This document shows positions 18,032 to 27,298 of a stretch of 64,000 nucleotides of DNA, piece after piece. Source of the DNA: an uncultured Myxococcales bacterium. GTDB lineage: Bacteria > Myxococcota > Kuafuiibacteriia > Kuafuiibacteriales > Kuafuiibacteriaceae. A program made the position numbers and the translations under genes. Under the pieces are notes generated by a model, which ran no database searches, had not been told where the DNA came from, and saw only the letters and a program-made list of their open reading frames with translations. The stretch's first letter is position 1. The number at the start of each line of letters is the position of its first letter. The DNA lies in assembly GCA_964519665.1 (NCBI GenBank), contig CAZFIV010000008.1, positions 14,913 to 78,912 on the forward strand. The letters run 5' to 3'.

Positions 18032-19566
18032 GGTGGCCGAGGTTTTCGAGGTTCGAGGGTCGAATCTTGGGCGCTATTTTCTTATGCGCCACCACCCCCT
18101 TCGTCATCTCGATCATGTTCATCCCCGGGATTATCCAGTCGCGCCTGGCTCTCGCCATGCACGATGACGTTCGCAGCCAGCTGGAGCGGTCCGCGGTCTT
18201 CTTCAAAGATTTTTTTGACGCCAAAAAGGCCGAGTACTCCGCTCGCGCCGAGACGATCTCCCGGGATCCGGTCCTCATTCGGGCGGCGCGGGCGGGTGAA
18301 GCCGACGACGTCTCGGCCCGGCTTCAGCAGTTCGTCGCCGACCACGAGGCCATTCGGGAGCTGCGAGTCTACGATCCGATCGGTGCACTGCTCGCTCGCG
18401 CCGAAGGACCACCGGAGCGCCAGGGCGATCGGTTCGTTCCCAAAACCATCGCGTTGCCGCTCGGTGTGGGCGACGCGCCCCGACTCGAAGCGGTGTTCAT
18501 CCTGTCGCGCGTCTATCTGAACGAACGCGACAAGGCGGAGTCGATCTCCCTATTGTACAGCGTGTCGCTGCGTGACGAGAGCAGTCGGGCGAATGGTTTC
18601 TATCGCGCCTACGTGGCCATCGCCCTCGTGGTGATGCTGGTGGCGGTGGCGATCGGCTACTTCCTCGCGCGAGGCGTGACCAAACGCATCGCGGAGCTCG
18701 CCCACGCCACCGAGCGGGTGGCCCAAGGCGAATACGGCTTCACGGTACCCGTGGGCGGCAATGATGAAATCACCGAGCTGACCGACGGCTTCAACCGAAT
18801 GATTCACGAGGTGGCGCAAGCCCGCGACCGGATCGTCTACCTCGAGAAGGTCTCGGGCTGGCAGGAGCTCGCCCGTCGACTCGCGCACGAAATCAAAAAC
18901 CCGCTGACCCCGATCCGGTTGGCCATCCAGGAGCTTCGACGCCGTGCGCCAGAGGGCGATGGTCGCTTCCGGCGACTGGTCGACGAGTCGACCGACATGG
19001 TCGAGGAAGAGATCGGGGCCCTGACCCGACTGGTCGACGAGTTCTCACGCTTCGCCAAGCTTCCCGAAGTCATGCCCGTCCATGTCGAAGTCCGCGAGTT
19101 CCTGGCCGACTTCCTCGGTGCGTACAACAACTTCGAGCCCGACGCGCGAGTGACCTTCGAGACCCCAAACGAACCGCTCGTCGCAGGGATCGACCGGGTC
19201 CTCATGCGACGCGTTCTGCACAATCTGGTCACCAACGCCATTCAGGCGGCGGGTCCGGGCCAAGCCGAGTTGAGCATCCGGTGCTTCGGCGCCGAAAAGG
19301 AGCGCATCGAGCTTCGGGTGGAAGACAACGGACCGGGTGTGCCCGACGACCAGGCGCACAAGGTTTTCGAACCTTATTTCACGACCAAGGCCACCGGCAC
19401 CGGCCTCGGCCTGGCGATCGTCAAGAAGATCGTTCTGCAGCATCGCGGCACCATTGTCCTCACCCGCTCCGAGGCGGGCGGAGCGGCCTTCGTCATCACC
19501 CTTCCCGCGGCGCCCGCGGGCGTCACCCCCGAGCGCGGCGATGCGCCGCCTTCCCGGCCGATCTAG
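18028..19566 (+). CDS. Sensor histidine kinase, NtrY/AtoS-like (2 TM, HAMP, HisKA, HATPase)
   Basis: Present are TM1, a periplasmic domain, TM2 (AIALVVMLVAVAIGYFLA), a HAMP domain, an H-box LAHEIKNPLTPIRLAIQEL, and N/G boxes (HNLVTNAIQA; GTGLGLAIVKKIVLQHRGTI). No response regulator is adjacent. Confidence 0.85.
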   Translation: MRWPRFSRFEGRILGAIFLCATTPFVISIMFIPGIIQSRLALAMHDDVRSQLERSAVFFKDFFDAKKAEYSARAETISRDPVLIRAARAGEADDVSARLQQFVADHEAIRELRVYDPIGALLARAEGPPERQGDRFVPKTIALPLGVGDAPRLEAVFILSRVYLNERDKAESISLLYSVSLRDESSRANGFYRAYVAIALVVMLVAVAIGYFLARGVTKRIAELAHATERVAQGEYGFTVPVGGNDEITELTDGFNRMIHEVAQARDRIVYLEKVSGWQELARRLAHEIKNPLTPIRLAIQELRRRAPEGDGRFRRLVDESTDMVEEEIGALTRLVDEFSRFAKLPEVMPVHVEVREFLADFLGAYNNFEPDARVTFETPNEPLVAGIDRVLMRRVLHNLVTNAIQAAGPGQAELSIRCFGAEKERIELRVEDNGPGVPDDQAHKVFEPYFTTKATGTGLGLAIVKKIVLQHRGTIVLTRSEAGGAAFVITLPAAPAGVTPERGDAPPSRPI

Positions 19567-19572
19567 ATCGCC

Positions 19573-20550
19573 TTGCCGCAACGGCGACGGCCGCATAGGG
19601 TCGGCGTGGTGCGCATCCCCACCGGTCTACTGCTATGCGTCATCGCGGCCTGTGCCGCGGGGGACCAACGGGGGCCCGAGCGTCCGAATGCAGGGACCGC
19701 TGATCGACGCCCTTCCGGTCCTCCGAGCGGTAGTCATGGCCCCGCCGGGCATCTCGAGCTCAAAGCCGCGGCGGCCGCCGCGGGGGCCGGCAATCTACCG
19801 TTGGCTTATCAACACTGTCTGGACGCCATCCGGAAGAATCCCCAGCTGGAACATGCGTACCGGCTAGCGGCCAGCATCTGCGCCATGCAGGGCAATGCGG
19901 AATGCGAACGGCAGAACTACGATGATGGTCTGACGGCGCTTCCCCGATCACCGGCCCTGCTGCGAGACCGCGCCTTGTTACATCTCGAGCAAGGCCAGTA
20001 CGCGGCCGCGGTCAACCGATATGAACGAGCCCTGGCCATCACCGGCGAGACCTCCCCCGAGGCGATGGCCGATCTCGCGTACGCCTACGTCTATGTCGAT
20101 CGACTCGACGAAGCCGATCGACTCGCCCGGCGGGCGGTCGAAATCGACGACGCGTGTTTCTCATGCCAAATGGCCCTCGGGCAGGTGTGCTTATCCAGCA
20201 ACGACTTCCCCGACGCGGTCACCGCGTTTAGCCAGGCCCGAAACCTGTCGCCTCGCGACCCGGACGCGCGCCGGTCCGAAGCCAAAGCACGCTTCTTGGC
20301 CGGTGAGGTGCGGACCGCACACCAGCTGTATGAGGCGCTGGTCGTCGAATATCCGGACGACGCGCGGCTGCGAGTTCAGGCCGCCCAGGTCGCAATGGGC
20401 GCCAAAGCATACGATGCCGCGGTGACCCACCTTGAGGTGGTCGCGGCCGCCAACCCCGATCAAGAACAACTGCTGCGCCTGTTGGCCAAGGCCCGAACGA
20501 AGGCAAAGAACGCGCGCAGGGCGACGTCCAGGTCGCGCACAAGCGAGTGA
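19573..20550 (+). CDS. TPR-repeat lipoprotein
   Basis: It has a signal peptide with a lipobox-like segment (LLLCVIAACAAG). Multiple 34-aa TPR-like repeats are present (AYRLAASICAMQGN..., ALLHLEQGQYAAAVNRYERAL...). The start is 7 bp after the kinase stop. Confidence 0.75.
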   Translation: MPQRRRPHRVGVVRIPTGLLLCVIAACAAGDQRGPERPNAGTADRRPSGPPSGSHGPAGHLELKAAAAAAGAGNLPLAYQHCLDAIRKNPQLEHAYRLAASICAMQGNAECERQNYDDGLTALPRSPALLRDRALLHLEQGQYAAAVNRYERALAITGETSPEAMADLAYAYVYVDRLDEADRLARRAVEIDDACFSCQMALGQVCLSSNDFPDAVTAFSQARNLSPRDPDARRSEAKARFLAGEVRTAHQLYEALVVEYPDDARLRVQAAQVAMGAKAYDAAVTHLEVVAAANPDQEQLLRLLAKARTKAKNARRATSRSRTSE

Positions 20551-20638
20551 GGTCAAGTGAACGACAAGCCGAACCCCAGCCAGATCAAGGTCAACATCGA
20601 TCTCGATTCAGTGTCCTTGAAGAAGTTCCGAGGCCTTG

Positions 20639-22903
20639 CTAAGGCCGCGCGCCGACCGGCGTCGCTTTGAGCGCGGCCTTGCCGTCCTTCTTGTAGACCT
20701 GAAAACGTACCGTTCGACAATTGTACTTCTTCATGAGGCTGTCGCGGTTCTTGACCAGCTTCGCGAGGAAGCGCTCGAAGGCGAGATCGTTCGTCGGCTC
20801 CCCACAGCGGCGCCGGAGATCGATGAAGCGTTCATACACTTCCTTGAAGTGCTCGTGGTCCTCGGGATCGAGGGTGGCGGACGGCGGCGCGGCCGCCCGA
20901 GACGTCGGGTCCCTTGCCGCCGACTGCGCCAGCAGGTCGGCCGGAACGGTCGCCACGACCGTAGCGTCGGGCTTGTCGTCCTGAGAGAAGGTATGGCGAC
21001 CGGTCAGGTCTTCGCGGGCCGATTGCGCGAGCAGCTCCGATGCGACCGGGGCGACGACGGTCTCCTCCGGTCCGAAGGCGGCCCGCTCCTCCTCGTTCAC
21101 ATGAGGCAAGGCCGCCGGTTGGCGGAGGTCGAGGCTGCCCCCCCCTCGAACACCGGGCCTGGGAGCGACGGGCCCGGAAGGAGGAATGCTGACTTCCTCG
21201 ACCGGTCCGGCCGCCTCGAGACTGCCGGCCATGGGTCGCCCTCGGATGTCCGCGGCTGATCTTCGGCTGCCTGCCGAGGCATCCGCCGGTCCGCCTTCGA
21301 GTTGCGCGATCGCCTCGGCGATCGCTTCTTCCGCCCCTGGCGTCGAGGGTACACCGAGCGCGGCCATATCCGACGGGTGGGTATCAGCGGGAGGGGCGAG
21401 CGCTTCCGTCTGCTCGCTGAGTTCGAACTGCGATCGTGCGGGCGTCGTATTGACCACCGGAGTGGGCACCGACGGAGGAACCGGCGACGGCGGTAAGCTC
21501 TCGAAAGACAGGCTGTCGAGACCATCGGCGCCGAGCACTAGGTCGGGGCCCTTGTCGTCGCCGGCCGACGGCGGGGGTGGGGGCGGCGCGGCCAGAGGCG
21601 GCGCCGGCGGAGGCGACGCAGGCGGAGGAGAAATCGGTTGAGGAGGCGAACGCAGCGACGAGATCCCGGACGGCCCGCCCGGCGCCCCCGGCGGATTGGT
21701 TCCGAGAGGACCTAGATCGCCCAACGAGAGCTCCTCTTCGGGCCCGACCATCCCCGGCGGCCGGGTCGACATGCTCCCGATGTCCGCCGTGGGAACGAGG
21801 GCGCGGTTCGGGATCTTCAGCACGGTCATGTTGACCAGCTTCACGATGCGGCGAAAGGGACGGCTCACCTCGTTCTCGGGCATCTGGAGGTCGCCCTTGC
21901 CCATATTGAGGTCAGACAAGTGCTCGGCGATCTTGTGAATCGGCACCACGAAACCTCGGAAGTTCAGAATCCCCACCAACAGCGCGACCAGAAACGCCGC
22001 CACCATCGCCCCCAACACGCCGCTCTGACGCTCGGCGATCTCGTCGAGCCCGGCCGTCGCATCGACCGAAACCACCCAGCTGAATTGGGGCGGCGCGCCC
22101 TCCACATGGGTCGAATAGGACACCAGCGCATGCCCGGTGGCTCGATGGTCGACGAAAAGCGGCAGTAGCGGAATGGTGTCGTCGGTGAGAGGTTCTTCGC
22201 TCTGCCCCGAGAAGTTGACGACCTCTTTCTTGGACGCCTCGACGACGGTCTTTGCGAGGGCGTCGGGCGCCGAACTCACGAGGACGCGCTTGTCGGAGGA
22301 TAGCGTCACGTGGCCTCCGAGGCTCCCGCCCCAGGCGGTCACGGCCTCTTTGTCGATCGGCCGCCCGAGCACGATCGCGCCGAGGATGTCGCCGTCGTCA
22401 TCGACCAGGGGTGCTCCCACGGCCACGACGAACTCGGGACGGGCGCTCCACAGTCCGTCCAGAGCGTAACCGAGCTGCGTTGAAACGAAGATCGGGTGGC
22501 CGTCGATCGACGGAGGGTTCTCGTCGATGTTCGATCGACCGGCCGACAAGAGAACGCGGCCCCGCCGATCGACCAGCCAGGCGAACCCGCGTTTTGGCTT
22601 CGCGGCTTCGAGCAACTTCAGGAGCCCCGTCAGGGCTCGTTCGCCCCGGGAGCCGGAGCGGCCGAGGTCGGCGACCTTGTTGCCGATGACCGCTTCGTGC
22701 GCGGTCGCCATCACTTCCGTGAGCGAGTCGTAGGCGTCTTTCTCGACCATCCGGAGCAGACGGGGCACCGCCTGCTGCACGTAATCTCGACTTCTCTTTT
22801 GCGCCTGCTCGACCACCGAGGTCGTGTCGATGTACAGCGCAACCCCGAACGGTGTGAGGACCGTCAGGACCAACAAGGCCGCGTGTCGAGTCCAAAAGCT
22901 CAT
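20639..22903 (-). CDS. Membrane receptor: TM, dCache-like periplasmic domain, TM, HAMP-like segment, a roughly 250-aa Pro-rich linker and an unrecognised C-terminal domain
   Basis: TM1 (HAALLVLTVLTPFGVALYI) is followed by a roughly 250-aa periplasmic Cache-like region, then TM2 (VLGAMVAAFLVALLVGIL) and a HAMP-like helix (IHKIAEHLSDLNMGKGDL). A PPPASPPPAPPLAAPPPPPP-rich low-complexity stretch follows, and the protein ends in a compact domain ...HEHFKEVYERFIDLRRRCGEPTNDLAFERFLAKLVKNRDSLMKKYNCRTVRFQVYKKDGKAALKATPV. Confidence 0.7.
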   Translation of the reverse strand: MSFWTRHAALLVLTVLTPFGVALYIDTTSVVEQAQKRSRDYVQQAVPRLLRMVEKDAYDSLTEVMATAHEAVIGNKVADLGRSGSRGERALTGLLKLLEAAKPKRGFAWLVDRRGRVLLSAGRSNIDENPPSIDGHPIFVSTQLGYALDGLWSARPEFVVAVGAPLVDDDGDILGAIVLGRPIDKEAVTAWGGSLGGHVTLSSDKRVLVSSAPDALAKTVVEASKKEVVNFSGQSEEPLTDDTIPLLPLFVDHRATGHALVSYSTHVEGAPPQFSWVVSVDATAGLDEIAERQSGVLGAMVAAFLVALLVGILNFRGFVVPIHKIAEHLSDLNMGKGDLQMPENEVSRPFRRIVKLVNMTVLKIPNRALVPTADIGSMSTRPPGMVGPEEELSLGDLGPLGTNPPGAPGGPSGISSLRSPPQPISPPPASPPPAPPLAAPPPPPPSAGDDKGPDLVLGADGLDSLSFESLPPSPVPPSVPTPVVNTTPARSQFELSEQTEALAPPADTHPSDMAALGVPSTPGAEEAIAEAIAQLEGGPADASAGSRRSAADIRGRPMAGSLEAAGPVEEVSIPPSGPVAPRPGVRGGGSLDLRQPAALPHVNEEERAAFGPEETVVAPVASELLAQSAREDLTGRHTFSQDDKPDATVVATVPADLLAQSAARDPTSRAAAPPSATLDPEDHEHFKEVYERFIDLRRRCGEPTNDLAFERFLAKLVKNRDSLMKKYNCRTVRFQVYKKDGKAALKATPVGARP

Positions 22904-22909
22904 TGGTCG

Positions 22910-23647
22910 TTACTCACCCTGGGGGATAACGGTCACCCCCACATCCAGTTGACCGAGGTTGAGGTCGTTATTGGCGACCGTCACCTTTTGCCGCAAAACG
23001 ATGCCGTCGCGTCCGATGACGCGAAGCTCGTAGTCACCCTGCGGAGCATCGAACGTGAAGCGCCCCCTGTCATCGGGAACGGCGGCCACCCCCACCTCTC
23101 CGACGTAGACCAGCGCCTGCATATGCGGCCATTGCTCGACCCGAATGACTCTCAGCGGCTGACCGGGGCTGCACACGTAGGTCTTCTGAGCGCCCGGCTC
23201 GACCGTGGCGAACGCTTCGCCATCGACCGTCACCGTGACCGCGTCGCGATCGGCATTCACGAAGCTGACCTGGGCGTCCGATGCACACGATGCGATGTTG
23301 GGGGAGAACTTCAGCCCCTCGATGGTGATCGACTGGTGCGCGGTCGGAGCCGGAATCGGAAGCGAGTTGCCGTCTTCAACGGCCAGGAACAGGGCGACAG
23401 CCGGCTTGCTGAGGGTCGCCGATGGAGGTAGCGTGACGATCCGCTTGCGAGCGAAGCCGATCCGGTTACCGACCCGCGAGGTTTCGGCGACGGATATCGT
23501 TCCCTTGACCCGAGCCGCCCAAGCCACTCCCATGGCGGCGGTCATCAGCACCGTTGCCAACACGAGCCCGCCGGCACAAACACCGCCCCAGCGAGAATTG
23601 CGGCGGGAAACGAAACGACCCAAAAGGCGAAAAAGCGTACGCATCAC
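22910..23647 (-). CDS. Hypothetical membrane-anchored or secreted beta-rich protein (Ig/CarboxypepD_reg-like?)
   Basis: It has an N-terminal TM/signal segment (GGVCAGGLVLATVLMTAAMGVAWA) and a beta-strand-rich C-terminus (GDYELRVIGRDGIVLRQKVTV). It sits 6 bp upstream of, and in the same orientation as, the receptor gene. Confidence 0.55.
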   Translation of the reverse strand: MMRTLFRLLGRFVSRRNSRWGGVCAGGLVLATVLMTAAMGVAWAARVKGTISVAETSRVGNRIGFARKRIVTLPPSATLSKPAVALFLAVEDGNSLPIPAPTAHQSITIEGLKFSPNIASCASDAQVSFVNADRDAVTVTVDGEAFATVEPGAQKTYVCSPGQPLRVIRVEQWPHMQALVYVGEVGVAAVPDDRGRFTFDAPQGDYELRVIGRDGIVLRQKVTVANNDLNLGQLDVGVTVIPQGE

Positions 23648-23681
23648 AAGGCCTTCGGCTTGATCGCAGGTTGATAATCAC

Positions 23682-25115
23682 GTGTCAAACAACCGTCCCG
23701 CAGCCCATGCATTTCCGACGCAAATCGCGCTACTCAGTGCGATTTGGCTGGTGGGTCTTCTCTGGTGCCTGAGCCTCGATGATCCTCGCCTGCGCTACGG
23801 ATCATTTCTGGGCGGCATGGCCGTCGCCAATCTGGGTTGGCTCGGCTTGATTCGCGCCGTCAATCATCCCCGCATCCTGGGCGCCTCCGACGATATCCGG
23901 GCCGCACGTACGACGCGGATCTTCGGGGCCCTGATCGTGCTCGGGCTCGGGGCAAGGTTCGCTGCCTGGTGGTTACCACCCGCATTCTCGGAAGACGTCT
24001 TTCGCTACGTGTACGAAGGACGCGTCGTTTGGTTCTATGGCTGGGCATTTCCATTCACGCACCCGCCTGCCGATGCGCCCTCGTTGGGGGTCGCGCCCGA
24101 GCTGCTCGACCACGCGTGGCTGCGCATCAACCATCCCGAGCTGTCCACGATCTATCCCCCACTGGCCCAGATCACATTCGCGGTCGCCGGTGGATTGGGC
24201 GAGCTCGCGGGAGGTGGGCATCTCGGCTTCCTCAAAGCACTGTTGGTGGGCGCGGATCTGCTGACTTGGCTCCTGGTCACGCTCAGTCTGCGGGCCGTGG
24301 GCCGGTCGGCGCTCGAATCCGTGGGGTGGGGTCTCAATCCGCTGGTCGTCCTCGAAGTGGCACGCGAGGGCCACGCCGATAGCCTGAGCGCACTCGGACT
24401 CGGGCTTGGCCTGTACGGGTTCGTAGTGGCCCGGCCCCGTCTCGGCTACCTCGGCTTCGCCGCCGCAGCGATCGCCAAGCTCAACGGCCTCATCGTGTTG
24501 CCGGCGGCGGCGCGCACGACGCGGCGAGGATTGGGCCTCGCGATCGCGGTGTGCACCCTGGTGACCCTTCCCTATCTGTTCGCTGGCGGCACCGCCGGCG
24601 ATGGATTGAGCGCGTACGCCTCGAAGTGGCGAGCCGGTGATGGTGCATTCTCGGTCCTGCTATCCGGAGCCGAGCTCATCCTCGGCGGCGATTGGGCCCG
24701 TTTGCCGGGCTGGAGCTCGACGGGCGAAATAACATTGACTCGACATCAGCTCGCCCGTTGGATGGTCGCGGGGCTGTTCGGAGGTTGGGCGCTGCTGGTC
24801 ATCGTTCGGCCCGCGCCGATGAGCGCGGTCCCCGGACGAGCGGGGATGCTTCTTCTCGGCGTGCTGCTCCTGTCGCCGACCCTTCATCCTTGGTACGTTC
24901 TGTGGCTCCTGCCGTTCGTGGCCGCCGCCCCCAACTTCGAAGGCCGACGAGCGGCGGTGGCGCTCGCGGTACTCGCCCCCGCCCTTCATCATCCCGGGTG
25001 GATCGAGCTGACCACCGGGCAATGGAGCGACCTCGGATGGGTTCGAGGCCTGGTCCACCTACCGGTCTGGGTGATGCTGAGCGCTGACCTGGCGATACCC
25101 CGCCGAACCCGGTAG
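23682..25115 (+). CDS. Polytopic integral membrane protein, GT-C-like glycosyltransferase fold (DUF2029/PMT_2-like) candidate
   Basis: At least 9 predicted TM helices are present. A conserved extracytoplasmic loop (FRYVYEGRVVWFYGWAFPFTHPP) resembles the lipid-linked sugar transferases of the GT-C superfamily. This is an inference. Confidence 0.55.
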   Translation: MSNNRPAAHAFPTQIALLSAIWLVGLLWCLSLDDPRLRYGSFLGGMAVANLGWLGLIRAVNHPRILGASDDIRAARTTRIFGALIVLGLGARFAAWWLPPAFSEDVFRYVYEGRVVWFYGWAFPFTHPPADAPSLGVAPELLDHAWLRINHPELSTIYPPLAQITFAVAGGLGELAGGGHLGFLKALLVGADLLTWLLVTLSLRAVGRSALESVGWGLNPLVVLEVAREGHADSLSALGLGLGLYGFVVARPRLGYLGFAAAAIAKLNGLIVLPAAARTTRRGLGLAIAVCTLVTLPYLFAGGTAGDGLSAYASKWRAGDGAFSVLLSGAELILGGDWARLPGWSSTGEITLTRHQLARWMVAGLFGGWALLVIVRPAPMSAVPGRAGMLLLGVLLLSPTLHPWYVLWLLPFVAAAPNFEGRRAAVALAVLAPALHHPGWIELTTGQWSDLGWVRGLVHLPVWVMLSADLAIPRRTR

Positions 25116-25129
25116 CCTGGTCACCGACC

Positions 25130-25951
25130 ATGCCTCTGCAAGACGGTCTGCTCATCGCCGTGAAGGACGGCGTCGTCGAGCTCACGGCAAACCTCGTCGA
25201 ACCCCACGGGGACGACCCGGCCAGCTTCACGGAGGCGCTTCAGCAACGCCTCGCAGAACACCAACACCAAGCGATGACCGATGACACGATCATGGGCGAC
25301 GAACTCGCACTGGCGAGCTGCATCGTGTGTCGGGACCCCATCCCCGATGCGTTGAAAGATCCGCTGCTCGGTCTCGGGTTTGCACCGGAAGATACCCCCC
25401 CAGGGGGACAACAACCGCGCTCGCTCTTCGGTCGGCTCGGCAGCAGCAAGCAACGGTCCCGCCTCGAGAAGTGGACGCTCCGATATCATCGAAGCGATGA
25501 ACTCGATCCGAGACTAGCCGCCTTCGAAGCCGCGTTGGTCGACGAAGTGCCGGCGGGCGCGCTTCCCGAGGTCGCTCTCGAAGGCGCGCACCGAGTCATC
25601 GACGGGGCGCGAACCTACCTGCAACTGCTGCTCGCTCCCGGGCTCGCCGGTCTCGAGGCCCTGGAACGTCAGCTCGATCAACTTCGGCGAGCCAAGAGCG
25701 GACGGTGGATTCTTCATGCGCGGGCCGTGCGGGGACTCGCCGGATTCACCGTTCAAAGCATCGCCGCCGAAGCGCCCGACACCCAATGGGGCCCCGACGA
25801 AGATGACAGTCCGCTGTGGGTTCGAGCGCCCCACGGGATCACGGTCGCGACCGACCCCGAGTATCGAACCGTCGAATTCATTCGCCGAGGCCTGCGAGCG
25901 TCCCTCTCCGACTACGTTCGCGACGTCCTTCGACAGTCGAAGAATCATTGA
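25130..25951 (+). CDS. Hypothetical protein
   Basis: The 273-aa ORF has no recognisable motifs. GC3 is consistent with coding, and it is immediately followed by the next plus-strand gene. Confidence 0.5.
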   Translation: MPLQDGLLIAVKDGVVELTANLVEPHGDDPASFTEALQQRLAEHQHQAMTDDTIMGDELALASCIVCRDPIPDALKDPLLGLGFAPEDTPPGGQQPRSLFGRLGSSKQRSRLEKWTLRYHRSDELDPRLAAFEAALVDEVPAGALPEVALEGAHRVIDGARTYLQLLLAPGLAGLEALERQLDQLRRAKSGRWILHARAVRGLAGFTVQSIAAEAPDTQWGPDEDDSPLWVRAPHGITVATDPEYRTVEFIRRGLRASLSDYVRDVLRQSKNH

Positions 25952-25970
25952 CCGAGGCCCTTCGAACGGC

Positions 25971-27293
25971 ATGCTATGGTCGACAGGGATGACCGCACTC
26001 CGTTCTGCCTTTGCTTCGGCCATCGGCGTGGCTCTGCTCACCTCGGCCACCGCAGCGTCGGCTGCACCCGACCCGGTGCCCGACGAGCAGCGCGGGTCGA
26101 CGGCGACCGAACCCGTTGCGGTGTTGGTGCTTCCGTACCAACCCATTCTGCGGTCGGTGCCTCAGGCGAAGGTGAAGCAAGCGACCGAGTACTTGCTCAA
26201 GGAGCTGAAAGCGACCGAAGGGCTCAGGGTGCTTCAAGGCGGCGTCGCCACGAGCCAGGGCGCCCCCGCCTCGCTCGAAGCGGCGGTAAAGCATAAGAAC
26301 CAGGCGCTCGAGGCGGAAACCGCCAAGAAGATCAAGCAGGCGATCCACCACCACCGAGAGGCGATCGCCGCTTTCGAAAAGAACGCGTCGGCGCTGCAGG
26401 ACGCCAGCGTCTATATCCGTACCCATCACGAGCTGGCGCGGGCCCTGATGTGGTCCGGCGCCGACGACGATGCGAAGGCGACGATCGACGTCGCGGCTCG
26501 ACTCGATCCGAGTTTCGAGCTCAAGCCGGACCAGTACTCCCGCCTGTACCGCGCTTGGTTTTTCGCAGCGGCCCAAAAGGTCGTTCGGGAGCGACCGGGC
26601 GCACTGATGGTGAAGAGCGCGCTGCCGGGAGCAACGGTCCAACTCGATGGCCGGCCGATGGATGTCGCGCCCGTCCTCATCGACCGAGTGGTTCCCGGTA
26701 AGCACCTCGTCACCGCCTCCGTCGATGGAGTGCCTCCCTTTGGCATCGTCGTTACGGTCGAGAGCCGGAAGCGATCCGAACTCGGGCTCGACTTCGCCGG
26801 GGTATTGGGGGGGCTAGAAGTGGGCGACGTGACCGATGCGGTCGCTCGCAACGAGCTGCCTCGGGAAGCCGTGGCCCAGGCGGCACAGGCCGGAGAAAAC
26901 GCCAGGGCCGAGTACGTCGTCGCGGGTGGTCTTGCCAATGACCGAGTGGGCAACGACCTCAACGTGCACACGTTTGTTGTCCGGGTCGCCGACAGGCGGG
27001 TCATGAGCCTGAACCCGGTCGATTTCGACAGCGAGCTCCTGACCGCCGAGTCGGACGTGATCCGGGTCGTCCGCCAGGTCGCAGCGGCGATCGAGGAGTT
27101 CAGCGACGCCTCGACGAGCATCGCGGTGATCGAAAAGCGAACCAGCGGATTTGCCCGCACCACGCTCAATCAGGTCAACGGCGCACCCGAACCACCCTCT
27201 CGTCGAGCCGCGGCTCGTCGTTCGACCGGCCCCCGTAAGGTCTTCAAAGCGCTCGAAGGCGGGACGATCCGCATTCAAGACGAAGAAGAGTGA
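25971..27293 (+). CDS. Secreted hypothetical protein with a PEGA-like beta-domain
   Basis: The ATG at 25971 gives a clean signal peptide (MTALRSAFASAIGVALLTSATAASAAP). The segment GATVQLDGRPMDVAPVLIDRVVPGKHLVTASVDG looks like a PEGA/Ig-like beta domain. Confidence 0.55.
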   Translation: MLWSTGMTALRSAFASAIGVALLTSATAASAAPDPVPDEQRGSTATEPVAVLVLPYQPILRSVPQAKVKQATEYLLKELKATEGLRVLQGGVATSQGAPASLEAAVKHKNQALEAETAKKIKQAIHHHREAIAAFEKNASALQDASVYIRTHHELARALMWSGADDDAKATIDVAARLDPSFELKPDQYSRLYRAWFFAAAQKVVRERPGALMVKSALPGATVQLDGRPMDVAPVLIDRVVPGKHLVTASVDGVPPFGIVVTVESRKRSELGLDFAGVLGGLEVGDVTDAVARNELPREAVAQAAQAGENARAEYVVAGGLANDRVGNDLNVHTFVVRVADRRVMSLNPVDFDSELLTAESDVIRVVRQVAAAIEEFSDASTSIAVIEKRTSGFARTTLNQVNGAPEPPSRRAAARRSTGPRKVFKALEGGTIRIQDEEE

Positions 27294-27298
27294 CGTGG

